DNA of 61,772 nt, the filler included, from Dimargaris cristalligena (Eukaryota): assembly GCA_003614675.1 (NCBI GenBank). It is 12 parts of 12 records of this genome, joined end to end, with 100 filler letters (N's around TTAATTAATTAA, not from the genome) between each part and the next. Parts side by side here need not be neighbours in the genome. Positions count along the whole stretch, not along the records: positions 10,432 to 15,543 come from ML003685.1; positions 15,644 to 20,715 come from ML003686.1; positions 20,816 to 25,879 come from ML003687.1; 9 more parts are not named here. One strand, 5' to 3'. The notes below the pieces were generated by a model. That model had not been told where the DNA came from and searched no databases. It was given only the letters and a program-made list of their open reading frames with translations. Below are positions 11,114 to 24,493 of the stretch, piece after piece (within the stretch, counting starts at the first letter, position 1; each line of letters starts with the position of its first letter). The position numbers were made by a program, and so were the translations under genes.

Positions 11114-14100
11114 CGCGAATATAGGTATAAATGTAAATATTGCGGAGTGGGGCAACAGGTATTAAAGAGGGGTAAATAACAGTTGCTTAGCTCAAAGATG
11201 GTGACTTTTGATAAAAGGACTCGGGGATGATTTGATGATTTGGTGGGGCGCTGGGGTATATATATATATATGTAATGACAGCATGGTGTTGCTTTGACGA
11301 AAGGATCGTAAAGTCTGTGCCATAATATTTTTTTGACAAACACCCTGGCAACTTCAGTCTCGGCATCGCCTTCCAATGAACCACTGTTTCGTAGTAGCTC
11401 GCGGTCGTGGGAAGGAGAGACTGGTGTTAACGGGTGGAAATGTCGACGACTCCAAGCAGTTGTGATTGGTCACGGTTTTGCAGGCCGCCGCCGCTGATTC
11501 GATAAGAGCGCCCAAATTTGCCAAAAAGGAAGGTCAAAATGGCGCATTAACATCCCAAGGCCTAGAGAGGTGGTCCCTGTATAAGACTCCAAAGCCTTAT
11601 CGACGCCGCTATCGGCGGCAGCTCTTGCCAGGGCCCGTCGCTTGTGAAGAGGTTGCCTCTGCACCAATCAGAGCCGAATTCTACCCAATTTCCCGATTGG
11701 TGGAGAGAGGGTATTCCCACCCAACTGCGGGTTCAATGGGTGGCGATTACCGTCACATTGTTCCGATGGAAGCTTCCACGAAAAATCACGCTATGGGTAA
11801 ACAGTGACTGTGGGCCCGAGATGAATAATTAGATCACACCGCTGCTGCTCATTCCATCTATTTATTTACCTTTTAATACACACCCCCACAGGTGAGGCCA
11901 GAAAGCAAAAGTTTCGGACATCTCTCAGGGTACCTGCGACACGTGCTGCATTAGTCCGCCGTTTTCAGTGCAACCCGTTCCTCAGCGGCATTGCTTCAAG
12001 ACAATGCCAATATCGTAGTATAAGGGGCGTGTCTCATTTCATATTGCATACTGTTAATGGTTAGAGCAGATGTTGCTGTCGTGACATCGGGAAAACCCGG
12101 GTGACCGTGGGTCCGCCAGGCGCACTCCGATGCCTCATTAATCTAATCCAGGGGTTGGTGGGGGGCATCAGGTTGCCGTAACAGGAAAGGGATACATTAA
12201 AAGTTGCGTCAAAAAATATGGAAAGCAGCTTATTAAAATACCTCATAACATAAAATACACTGACGGAAATTACGGCCCTCGTCCCCCTTACTTTAGACTT
12301 CGCGACTGAGAATGGGAAACTTGGCTATACCTCTTCCATGGATGTCCGAATGCAATGCCGGCTTCACAGAAAGCCGCCGTATCCGCCAGGTGGTATTCAG
12401 TAAAAATGATTGTGGTCCCCTATAGTAAATAAAAATAATATATGCCTTAGCCAAAGGCACACTGACCTGTAAAGGCGACTGTTTATCCTTTTGGTCACAC
12501 TGTGGTAAAGGGGGGAGAATACACCACTGAATGGTGGCGTAAACTTTACAAGGTCCAATCAGCTATTTTTACGCAGTACAATGTATTGCATCCCGTTGGC
12601 GAGGGGATTCATTGGCATTACTGGTTCGATAATATATTTCTCCCCTCGGGTATTGGTCAACACTGTCAGAAAACGGGTGTAATATCGAGGTTGAATTTCT
12701 GGTGTTTTCAGCCGATTAAGATTTCCCAGCCAAGCATGTTTTCCTCTAAATGAATACGATAGGGCGTCGGTTGGCTAATTATAATAGCCAAAAACCGATG
12801 GTTGCTGCTAGGTGTGCTGGAGATCGATTGGACCTTGTTCTTTTCAATCATCATTATAGTCCTTCTCTAAAGATATTAACTCGCATGTGACTAAGAATTT
12901 TGTTGGCACTTATTACTCCACAGATGTGAAAGATCTTAGAATTGTAGACCCCAATTCTGAAAAATAAATAATGAAGAGGTCTTACCGCTCACCGAAGGGG
13001 AAGGGGTGACTATACTGTTACCGAGTGTGGGTATACCACGTCCACTTATCTCAGTGTTGACTATTGAGGCGGGCCATTCGAGCCATAAGTAGGATCCGTA
13101 CAACCTATCAGTCAACGGTAGTGAGCTACGTCACTTTGATGAAACACGCGTCGCCGGGCCCACTGCGTTTTGTTTATGGCCAGCGGCGTATTTACCTCGT
13201 CACGACTTTATACACCTTATAGGCATCATTGTCGTCCGTACAGCCATCAGAATGGTCTGGCACATATGTTACCAACGATCCTCTACTTTATTTTTTCGAT
13301 TCCTTACTATAATCCAGTCTGATTCGGTTCGATATCCTCTCAAACCATCACTCATGCATAACATAAAGAAATACGTTGCTACCAAAAACATTGAGGCATT
13401 AAAATCTACCCTAACCTTCCCCCCTACCCTAACCGGCCTATTTGATATATCCATCAGATATATACGGGTCATGATGAGCCACCTACAGTTTCGGGTACCA
13501 ATGAAGTTCGTTAGTATCCAAGGTAAGATGAAACACCATTGGGGGAAACCATTTGATCCCTGTGAATGTTCTCACCCTCAGTTGAAACCTTTCCAAGCAA
13601 TGGTTATTGTAATGGCGGGGAGCTTACTAAACGGATAATGAAGGGCCTTACTGCTAATCCTGGCCCTATAGAAGGTAGTACCGTTTCGGGGTCAATCCGA
13701 AAATCAAATTGAAATTAAAACATGCCACTCTCATGAAATTTAAGAGTAAATGATTAGTTTCCCCTCAACCCCAACAGGTAATTCAATCAACTGATGAAAA
13801 AGATGGGCGTGTTTCTTCCGCATGGGAATGTAATTCGTAAATATGATAATATTGGAAATGGGTGTCTATAGGTTGCTTCTGCATGGTAGCAGAGAAGAGC
13901 TATGTCCAATTAAGTAGAGATGGAAATGAGTTAACAAGACTTACGTTGAATCAGGCTTCAACTGAGACTGCGATGGGACTCGCCATTATATCGATTCCGT
14001 GAAGAAACTGAACATACCACTTACAAAATATATTTCTATACCAAACTAAAAAGTATATATGAACTAAAATATTATCAAACAATGCTTATACCGTGAAACC

Positions 14101-14574
14101 GGGACACGTCCAAACGAAAAGGGGCAATTGAGTTAGTTGCCCCCAAATTCGAAGTGGAATTTGTCCAGCAGGTCTATAAATACGGGATATCCTGTTTAAA
14201 TTGAAGTGTATTCGTTAGGGGGGGGGGGTAATTTAAAATAGCAAATGTATGTACAATAACGTGGTTACAAATGGGGGGCACCATAATAATATTTTCTTAG
14301 TTATGGACATTATTTTGAGTACAGTATTCACCAAATACCAGGAAATGGCAGGCAGCACAGGTACTGTGGCTAGAAATTTAACCTTGGTAGGTTTGTGGGC
14401 CAAAATTATTTAGGTCTAAGTCCTAAAATATCCTCAGTATAGCAAAAACATCTTAGTTAATGTCTAGTACTATTATGGTTAGCTACCTTGATATTGAATC
14501 AGGGCCTATACGGTTAGGCCTCTTAAGAATACTTCGCTGGGAATTGTCTTAACTGGTACTAATTCAAATAGAGG

Positions 14575-14718
14575 ATATGGGTGAAGTTCAGCTTGGTTGT
14601 ACAAGGTTTTAACCAATATGTGTAAGGGAAAATTGGTGGGGTATTTATTTTCAACCAGTAGTATTTGCCTCATCAAATGGATTTTTCATTATACAGCCCT
14701 GTTGAACTACTCCCATAT
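14575..14718. mobile_element. MITE family C copy
   Basis: ATATGGGTGAAGTTCA...GTTGAACTACTCCCATAT. Confidence 0.7.
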
Positions 14719-15127
14719 CCTGCCTATAGTTTCTAAAAAACGACTTAGGCTTATTATTTTCGACTAGCTAATAAATATATAAGTGGTTAATGAATATTTA
14801 ATGTAAATGTTTATGATAAGAATCTGGGGCTGATGGGTTCCATAGTGCCATTGACTTCGCTGGCGCAAAAATAATAATGCTATTCAAGGGGTGTATATAC
14901 ATGATATGAAATCTACCTCAGTCAACTGGCAGATGTATACCAGATCACCAAAGGCAGTATCTCGACAAGATATATACAGATACAGGGGAATGTAATTGAA
15001 AGTTTTAAAAGAGAAAAATTACCAAATAAAATATTACACAAGGTCAAAGATATAGATAGGTACAATAAGTCGTACAGAGGTGGGCTGTAAAGTGTAGATG
15101 TATAATGTATGGGTTCTAGCCGAAAGT

Positions 15128-15541
15128 CTAGCGATGGAATCGGCGGAAGCTGTTTCCGCCGTTGCCGCCATTACCGCCATCACCACCGTTTCCTTGGCCG
15201 TTACTATTGCCACCATTTCCACCGTTACCGCCGTTACCACCGTCACCGCCATTGCCACTAGATTCGCGGTCAAAACTGCTACCACTATTGCCACCATTGC
15301 CGCCATCGCCGCCGTTACCACCGTTTCCTTGGCCTTTACTATTGCCACCATTTCCACCGTTACCGCCGTCGCCGCCATTGCCACCAGGGGCGAGGTTAAA
15401 GGTATTACCACCATTACCACCATTACCACCGTTACCGCCATTACCACCGTCGCCTCCGTTACCACGGCCGTTGCTGTTACCGCCATTGCCACCATTGCCA
15501 CCGTCACCGCCATCGCCGCCCGAGGCACGGCGGTGGGGATA
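15128..15541 (-). CDS. Glycine-rich (GGN/GGD)n repeat protein, 5'-partial
   Basis: Frame not in the ORF track: [34 protein letters not shown]...[10 protein letters not shown]; repeat variation falls mainly at Gly wobble positions. Confidence 0.8.
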   Translation of the reverse strand, partial: YPHRRASGGDGGDGGNGGNGGNSNGRGNGGDGGNGGNGGNGGNGGNTFNLAPGGNGGDGGNGGNGGNSKGQGNGGNGGDGGNGGNSGSSFDRESSGNGGDGGNGGNGGNGGNSNGQGNGGDGGNGGNGGNSFRRFHR

Positions 15542-16004
15542 GGNNNNNNNNNNNNNNNNNNNNNNNNNNNNNNNNNNNNNNNNNNNNTTAATTAATTAAN
15601 NNNNNNNNNNNNNNNNNNNNNNNNNNNNNNNNNNNNNNNNNNNATATATAAGTACGACATGATGAAAAAAGAAAGGCACCGTATAAATTAGTAGTAGTTG
15701 TAGTGGTAGTAAAAAATGGTTCTATAGAAACTCCCTGGAGCAGCAGCCATCCCAGTAATCTCGAGCGTGGGCGGGCTAATAAAACCGGCAAATACATAAA
15801 TATGAAATAGAATAGTAGGGACCACGGGATTTAAAGTCTCAATGTAAAATAATAATAAAATAAAAAACAACAGATATGACAGGGGAAAGTGCAGTGATAT
15901 AACAAGTACAGATGATCACCAACTATTTAATAAACCACTGGGGAAACAGAGATTGGGTTGCCCAAACGGGGCGAGGTTGACTTTGGTAAGGCAGAGGTAC
16001 GGGT

Positions 16005-17151
16005 TTACTTTCCAGACCCAGCGTGTTTGATAAGCCATTCTAATGTTTTGTCGATATTCACTTGGTTCTTGGCTGAGATTGAATAGCAGCACACCTCCCG
16101 GTTATTGATCTGGTGGAGGTCCCTAGATTTGACGAATTCCCCGTAAATAGGCCGACAGTAGATAGAGCATAGAATAAAGTAGTTAGTATCCGCCCATGAA
16201 ACATCCAGCATGCCAAGTTTGGGCTAAGCTAAGTTGGTGAATCAAGGGCCCACCACCGACCGACTCTATGCCCCCCCGAATATAGGGGGGGAATGACCGG
16301 GTCGGCCCAATGAGATCACATGCCTATTCCATCGGAGTACAACATCCGGGCAATCCACTTACATTTCCTCGATAAGTTCGTCGATGGTCAGGGCCTGCGG
16401 TAGGTCGTTTTTGTTGCCGAGAACAAGCACGGGGATATTAGCGAGTTGGGGTTTCTCCAGGAGATTCCGAAGCTCGACCCGGGCGGAATTAAGCTTGCCG
16501 TGGTCAGCTGAGTCAATGACAAAGACAATGGCATCGACTCCTCGGCAGTAGCGTTCCCACATGCTGCGAAACCGGGACTGGCCGCCAATGTCCCACAGCT
16601 TCATCGTCACGCTGCCCTTAGTGACCTTCCGCATATTGAATCCGACCGTCGGTATCATGTCTTCGTTAAATTGGCCCGACTATATACAATCAAATATATA
16701 TATATATATACATATAGGGGGATTTAGGCATTAGTAATGCCTGAGTTATATACATTAGTTATTGAAGAGTGGGTATGGGAGGGGGGGTTATTTATCCAAT
16801 GGGAACCGATGAATTAATGACGTATCGGGATATTTTACGACTAATGGATTGGTTAATGTGGGAAGAGGAGGGGAGGGCAAGGTCATTCATTCATTCATCC
16901 ACGGAATACTCCAACTATTCCGGCGGAGTACTAACAACCAACAACTCACTGCGGTGGTGAATTCGCCGACCACCCGGTTTGGTGTAGTCAGGGCCAAAAC
17001 ACCAGGCCTATCCAACAAGTCTACTTACGGCTATGACATTGACGAGGGTCGTTTTGCCTGAGTTTTGTAGTCCGACTAAAGTCAGCTCCATCTCCTCTTT
17101 GAAAAAGAGACTACGGAGCCAAGTGAGCAGAGATTTGATTATGGTCGACAT
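16005..17151 (-). CDS. ARL8: Arf-like small GTPase ARL8; exons 17151-17029, 16679-16363, 16122-16005 (185 aa)
   Basis: [71 protein letters not shown]; two GTAAGT..AG introns keep the frame. Confidence 0.95.
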
Positions 17152-17655
17152 GGCTGCAAGGGGTCGACAGTAATGGAGAGGAGCGTGTCCAATCCCAGGT
17201 GGGGGAGATTCAAGCGGTGTTCAGTTCGCAATGGGCGGTTGACCCCACCGGCAAGTATATGCTATCGGAAGGCGGGCGAAATCGGGGAGAGGTTGCGGCA
17301 AACTTATGGACCCACCGGTCAGTGGATGCAAGGAAGAGAGAGAGAGAATGAAAAACAATAACTAGCTGACTCAGCGCCAATGCCAGCCAGAAGGAGTGCC
17401 GAAGGAAAAGGGTTACAAGTAGGAAAGCAACAAGGGATGTATAAAGTACACAATGATGAAAGAAACCGAAAGACCAGCGGGGTGAGGGGGGCAGGCTCAG
17501 GGTGTGTATACACACCGGTTCAGGACCCGAACCCGCACGAGACCCTATCCTCCCTCCCCTTGCTGGTCTCTCCCCTTTCCTTGGCACCTTAACCCCTTTC
17601 CAAAATATAAACAGTGAGGTGCTGCTATTCAATCGATACCAGCCTCTCTAACCTA

Positions 17656-17676
17656 TTATACTACTATTACTACTAT

Positions 17677-17715
<39 letters not shown>

Positions 17716-17744
17716 CACTACTACTACTACTACCACTACTATTA
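17656..17744. repeat. (TAC/ACT)n microsatellite upstream of ARL8
   Basis: Long imperfect TAC tandem run. Confidence 0.9.
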
Positions 17745-20700
17745 CTCGTCCTTTCCTTTCAATTAGCCATGACTGCGGGCCGTGCAGCGAAATCATGTGA
17801 CATCCGGCCCAATTATTCTTCTCTCCACCCAAAGAACGGACCACTGTGCACAGCCAAGTGGTAAATCACCTCTGACTTGGAACATGGTTGGGGGAACAAT
17901 GGGCCGAAGTAGAGCCAAGCGAAAGCCCGCATCAGTCGAACTGGCCATTGGGGAGGGCGTGGTGTAAATGGAAAGATAAGACAAAGGTGAATTCCAACCA
18001 TTCCTTTCCTGGTATGGGCTGAATGTCATATAACCCAGTTCACTAATTACAGCGGACTTTGAATGGGTTGTTTCAGCGAATGGTCCTGTCAATCAAAGCA
18101 GGGATGGCCTAATAGATCCCAGTATTGGTGCAGCACATCCCCCCCCCTTCCCGTGTCTATCCCTGAATTAGCCACCTCTTGGAGTAGAGTCTCCCATCTA
18201 TTGGAATACGGGATATATGGCGGGAAAAGTGTATGCAAATGAGAGGACACCGGCCCCAGGGAATGTCATTATCGAGGCCATAATGATTGGAAATACCAAT
18301 CCTTCCACTCATCCCTTCGCGCCTTCCGTCGAGCTGATTATGCTAGACAGAATCCTTTGCAGTCAACCCGCTAGGTGCCAAACCATTCATTAATCTGCAA
18401 TATAACTTACTTCCCAAAGTATCTACCATTAGGTAGGCTACACCATGGGTTACCCAGCAGGCATTTAGCCCACCTAAAATGATAAAACAAACTAGGACAC
18501 TTCCCGTTCCACAATACTGATATAAAAGCACTCGTTTACGACACTTATCCTCCTGCATATTAAACTCTCTAATAGCTAGTATAACTATATAGATATATTT
18601 ATATATTGGTGAACAAATTAATCCCAAAAACCGCTGACCCTCTAGTGGTATCAGCCATACTAATATATACGCATAAATGCTGGACCCCTTTGGTCAATAT
18701 GAGCATATTCGTCTTACTACCACTGTCTGGGCTAGTAAAAAATAAACAAACCAAATCAAACCAAGATATACAACAGGTGGTCCCATTTCGCCTGAGGCTC
18801 AAATAACTACTGTCCGACTATTCCTTTCGTAATTCGCTATAAACCCCCTAACTACCTGAGTAAGATCAACGATGGTCTGAATAACCAATCCGGAAACCCG
18901 CTAAATATGCTCAAAGTAAAATTTCCTTACTGTAGCGAGGGTGTACCTTGGGCCTAACTCCCTGTGCGAGAAGGTAGTCGGGTAATTTTTCCCTTATATG
19001 TAACCAAAAACGAAAAAAAAGGGGCTTTTATTCGGAATACCACTTGCTCATTGGTCAGAAGGGTGCATGGTATATCACACTAATTTCCGAATACCGGAAG
19101 CAGGCCATAAGTCCTTGGGGCATGAGACGGACCATTAGTTCATCGCAATCCAAGTCGACTCGGTATATGATGCCTTCATGCAGAACGTTGAAATAGTAAA
19201 ATAATACCACTTCTACACGACCAAAACGCGGGGGCATATGGGGCGCAGCGTCAAAAACAAAAGGGTGAGTTAGTGCCACTTATTTATAGTTTGAATTCAA
19301 ATGCAACAATGAATGGGGCGGAGTGGGGAACTGCTACAATATATACAAAATACTTACCAAACCGGTCTAGTTCATCGATCGAGTATGTCTTGTAGGCCAT
19401 TTTGGGCAGACTGTTGAGAGTGGGTGGGCGAGTAAGAACGGCTAGCTGAGGGATAATAGGAAGCCTGTGTGATAAAAAAAAATGGGGTGAGCGAATAATA
19501 GATCAATAGTGGGTAAAATGCCAGCTTTGGGGATGGATTATATGTAATGTGCCCCAGGACACAGAATACCATCCCTTTTTATATTATCAGACATTTGTCC
19601 TGACCCATCCGCCTCCGACTAGAATATACACACGCACTTGGTTAGTATAATCGATAGGGTGAAGCATGTCGTGAACCGTCAATTGTGGATTTCTCCATCG
19701 ATGTGAACCAAGCTCATCAACCGCCGTTAATTTGGGTTAGACAGTGATGGTTGACCCGACAGTCGGATGGTATTGCCCCATTAATAGACAAAGAACTTAA
19801 TGGGCCGCCTCGCTCTTCTGGCATTCCCACCACTTGATCGTTATCCACCCCCGTTATTTTGAATGCACTGGTTTTTGGTCCCCGACCTCGATTTTACAGG
19901 TGTTTAGTTGATATTGCGCGAATTACCAGCTCTCATATCCACGCATTCAGGTCCAACTTCACCTAAGAAGAAAACTCACACGAAACATCCGTGAAAAGGG
20001 CTCTACAATGGAGTGGTGATAAGTGCCAGGAAAGCGACCAGATTCGACAGGGCAGTTTGTGTAAAAGTAATCAATGGGTTGATTATTGAGTGTACATTTG
20101 ATGGATTGGAAGATAGGTTCGGCCCAGGAATAATGGATAATGGCGCCCCATAAGCGGGGCTCCCCTATTTAGATGGCTTATTTCATTAGTAAGGAAAAAT
20201 CAGCCCATCAATCAAAGTAATTGACCTTCTTGGAATATCCCCACAAGTCCTTAGTTCATGAAAGTTGGATTTTCCCTAAAAACAACTACATCGGTGGATA
20301 AGCCTACTATTGCCACCTAGTGATCAATTCCTACTATTGTATTGCAGCGGTGGAATGTATCAAATCCCAAGGAAACCACACCAAGGCATACTGAAGCCCA
20401 ATAAATTACTCATCTTAGATGGTACTGCCATAAATGCCTATAATATGCGTTTAATCATGGATGAGCAATTTCCCCCAGTTTGAACTGCGGTGCCATTGTG
20501 GTAAGCGGGTGCATTTTTATTATTGCTATTAATTATAAAGTCCAGCGGACGTTCCTGTAACTAATAAATATTGGTAAAAGGAACATAATATATGCGGCTC
20601 AAGTGACTATATGAAGTGTACTTTATTCGCTGATAACCAAATATGTGAACTGGATAGCCCATATATATCCCATCCACGTATGCTATTAGGCAAACGTTCG

Positions 20701-20815
20701 GTATATAGTTACAGTNNNNNNNNNNNNNNNNNNNNNNNNNNNNNNNNNNNNNNNNNNNNTTAATTAATTAANNNNNNNNNNNNNNNNNNNNNNNNNNNNN
20801 NNNNNNNNNNNNNNN

Positions 20816-23800
20816 GTACTGGTGTGGCCGGTATTGGTGTTTTTGGTAGCATTGTAGGACATGATCTTGCTGTTGACGAATTCTGTGCTGGGCTATGGGA
20901 CGTATCTCTTGTAGGTGTTTAAGTCGGGCCTCATGGTCAAGTAGATGGACATGATCAGGATTAGTTATGGGGGCAAGTAGTGGATGAATAGGGTCCCCAG
21001 GAATTTTAGGAGGAACCCCATAGAGTAAAGAAAAAGGTGAATAACCATGGGTAGAATGGGTACGAATCCGAATAGAAAGTAAGGCAGCAGGTAAATGTAA
21101 GTCCCAGTTCTTTCGATCTCCAGTAATATAACGCATAAGAATACCCTTGAGGTAACCATTAAATCGTTCTAGCTTTCCATTGGACTGGGGGTGATAAGCA
21201 GAGGTCATAGTATGATGAATTTGTTGAACACTAAGGTATTCATTTAAAGTGCGGGCCAGGAAATTAGCCCCTTGATCAGAAAGTAATTCAGAAGGACAAC
21301 CATAGTGGCAAATAATATTTTCATAAAGGAATTTAGCAACAGTTTTCTCAGTTGCATCAAAGACAGCTAGAGCTACAGGCCAGTTAGTAGCATGATCAAT
21401 GGCAGTAATAATCCAAGAGTTACCACTAGAAGTACGGGGATATTGACCCATGAAATCAATACTCCAGCGTTGAAAAGGTTGTAAAGGTGGATCTAATGGA
21501 TGAGGGACTTGAGGATCCTGTGAACTAGGTTTGATTGTCTGGCACTGAGGACATTGGCGGGTAATAAGTTTGATAGTGTGGTCTTGGTGGGGCCACCAGC
21601 CACGGGCACTAATAAGTTCAGTTAAATGGTGAATACCAGGGTGACCAAAGGAGTCATGCAACTGGCGAGTGAAGGTCTCTTGATTACAGGTAGGAATAAA
21701 AGGAACAGGTTGGTTATTAATCTGCCTAAATAAGGTACTGGATTCTGAGTTCCAGGAAAATAAATGGGATTCTTTGGTAATACGTCTTTGTAAGTCAGTG
21801 GGTAAATGTGAAGGTAATTTGTGGTGTTTTTGATAGTCAGGAACTAAAAGAGGCCAGTCAGAAATATTAATATCAATGGAAGAGTTTTGGACCTGGGATA
21901 AGCGACTAAGGGAATCAGGGACAATATTCTTACTACCTGGTTGATATTGAATTTTGAAATTAAACTGCTGAAGGTACTGAGTCCATTGAAATAAACGGTC
22001 AGATAAACCAGGCTGGGCCATGATATTCTCTAATCCACGGTGGTCAGTGTAAACTGTAAAAGATTAGCTAAGTAAATAGTGCCTCCATAATTTAAGACAA
22101 TGAAAAATGGCCATTAACTCCCATTCTTGGACAGTGTATCTACGCTCAGTATCAGTGAATTTGCAGCTCTCAAAAGCTATAGGCTGAAGGCCAAGGCCAT
22201 GGTCCTGTTGGAGGACACCACCCAGGGCAGTGTTGGAGGCATCAGTAGCAACAGTAAAAGGTTTGGAGAAGTCAGGTATTAATAAAGCAGGAGGGGAACA
22301 TAAGGCAGCTTTCAATTTTTTAAAAGTGGTTTGACAAAGAGAGGACCAGTGTAAGGAAAGTGGTTTACCCTTTAGGGTATCATTTAGAGGGGCGGCAATT
22401 TCAGAATAATGAGGAATAAATTTTCTATAGTAATTACAAAGACCAATAAAGCTGCGAATATCCTTAAGCTTAGTAGGAGTAGGCCAGGACTGGATGCATT
22501 CAATTTTTTTGGGGTCAACACTAACCCGATTGTTTTCAATTATATGACCAAGGTACTCAGTTTGGGAAGTGGCAAAGGAACACTTTTTAAAATTAGCAAC
22601 CAGTTGGTGCTCCTTTAACTTATCCAGTACAAGTTTAACATGAAGCTGATGTTCAGGTAAACTATGACTGTAAATTAAAATATCATTAAGGTAAACAACT
22701 ACAAACTGGTCTAGAAAATCACGTAGTACATCATTAAGAAGAGTTTGAAAAGTAGCCGGGGCATTAGTAAGACCAAATGTCATAACTTTAAATTGGTATT
22801 GACTATAGCGAGTGTTAAAGGCAGTTTTAGGAACATCCAAAGGAGAGACTTGGATCTGATGGTAACCGCTTTTAAGGTCAATTTTGCTGAAAACTATGGC
22901 ACCATGGAGAGCATCAAAATGATCCTCAATCCTAGGTAAGGGATAATGATTTTTAACAGTCTCCTTATTAAGTAACCGGTAATCAATACATAGGCGCCGA
23001 CTACCATCCTTCTTATCTGCAAAAAGGACAGGTGCACCCCAGGGAGAAGCTGCTGGCTCAATCCAGCCTTTGTCTAGGTAATCTTGTAATTGTACCCGGA
23101 GTTCAGTGAGATCTGGTTGGCTAAGCCGATAAGGATGCTTGTACTTGGGTGCTGCCTGTTCTGTATTAATGGTATGGTCAACCCGACGAGGCGGTGGTAA
23201 TCCAGGTGGTATAGGCCCAAATACAGAATCACGGTACTGGTCAAGGAGAGACTTGAGAGGATGATTAGAGGGCAGAGTGAAGTCCGGGGAGATCTCAGAT
23301 AGGATGACTACAAACACAGAGCTAGAAGGATCCTTGAGACACTGGGTAAAACTTTGGGCACTAACAAGTTGGAGTTGAGGCAAAGGTTTAGAAGAGGTAA
23401 TTTGGGAACTGGGGTATCCTTGAAGTAATGTGTTATTCTTATCAGAGAGTTGCAATTGATACTTGTCCCAAATAGGCACAGGTTTCTTCTGTAATATCCA
23501 GGGTTGTCCAAGTATAATATCAAAATGAGAAAGTGGTAAAACATAGGCATTTAAATCATGAATAGAATCCTGAATAGAGAAACAGAGTCGAGTGTATTGA
23601 TTACTAGTAATGATTTCTTGGTTAGCTACTTGAATTTTAAGAGGAACAGGGGTACTAAAATACTTCAATTTTAAATGGTCACAACATACTTGGAAAATAA
23701 AATCATTGGTAGACCCAGGGTCAAAAAGAATCCTTAGTGGCTGGTGTTTGTAGTTACCTAGGAGAGTCAAGAGTGGTCGTGTGGGTGGTAGAGTCAATGT

Positions 23801-24493
23801 CATGGAAGCTTGGGTGTCTGGGGGTGGTAAAAATGTAGTCAGTGTGCTAGTGGGACCTGCGGTGGAGTTTAGGGACATATTGGTGGGTACAGGAAGTTTA
23901 CTGGAAGACCCAAAGCCAGCAGTCCCTCGTGAAGTCTGTGTGAGGGGTTCCTGGGTTAATGTATACCTGGTTAAAATATTAGGTAAGATAATACCCTGAA
24001 CAAGTCGGGAATGAGCTTTGAAAGTAACAGGAAAAGAATTAAGATTGTATAAAGTAAACTTGACGGTTCCCCGATAGGTAGGGTCAATGAAACCACCTAG
24101 TAATAAAATATTGGACTTATATAAACTAGACCGGGGTTGGAGTTGTATATAGTATTGGTTAGGGATTTCAAATATTAAGCCAGAATCAATTAGGGTGCTA
24201 GAATGTTGGGGTATAGTTACTTCACTTAAACAACTAAAGTCGGCACCAGCATTAAAAGGATATGCTTGGAAAGGAAGGGTAGCTTTGGGATGTGCAAGTT
24301 GGGTTGGAATAGTAATAGAAATAAAATCACTGGATTGTTTTTGAGAATTTAGGGTTATGTAATTTTTTTGGTATTTTTTTTTAAATGAGGACTTAGGTAA
24401 ATTAGTAATAACTAATTGTGAAGGTGATGCTGGTGAGAAAGAAGGGTACAGGGTTATTCGCTGGTGGGCAGTACCTGTGGGCTGTCCTGGCCA
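20816..24493 (-). pseudogene. pol: pol (dUTPase-PR-RT-RH-IN) with in-frame TAA at 22064-22066 and YLDD>YLND lesion
   Basis: ORFs 22064..23878 and 20768..22021 share a frame, separated by one stop (YLLS*SFTVYTDH). Confidence 0.9.
23903..24310 (-). CDS. dut: dUTPase domain at the N-terminus of the pol frame
   Basis: Manual translation shows all five trimeric dUTPase motifs (AGADF, PRSS, GFIDPTYRG, RLVQ, RGTAGFGSS), in frame with the ORF starting at 23878. Confidence 0.9.

Noticed and set aside
15034..15595. Called ORFs rich in Val/Ala/Met, Thr/Ala or Pro/Leu
   Set aside because: Shadow frames of the Gly-rich minus-strand frame, where the variation is largely synonymous
17656..17844. Poly-Val ORF
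   Set aside because: Translation of the TAC microsatellite
17900..20715. Short ORFs in contig 4 (likewise 11400..14500, 38800..40900, 56771..58600)
   Set aside because: No motifs, coding-like bias or consistent splice model; no tRNA, rRNA or CRISPR-like structure recognised
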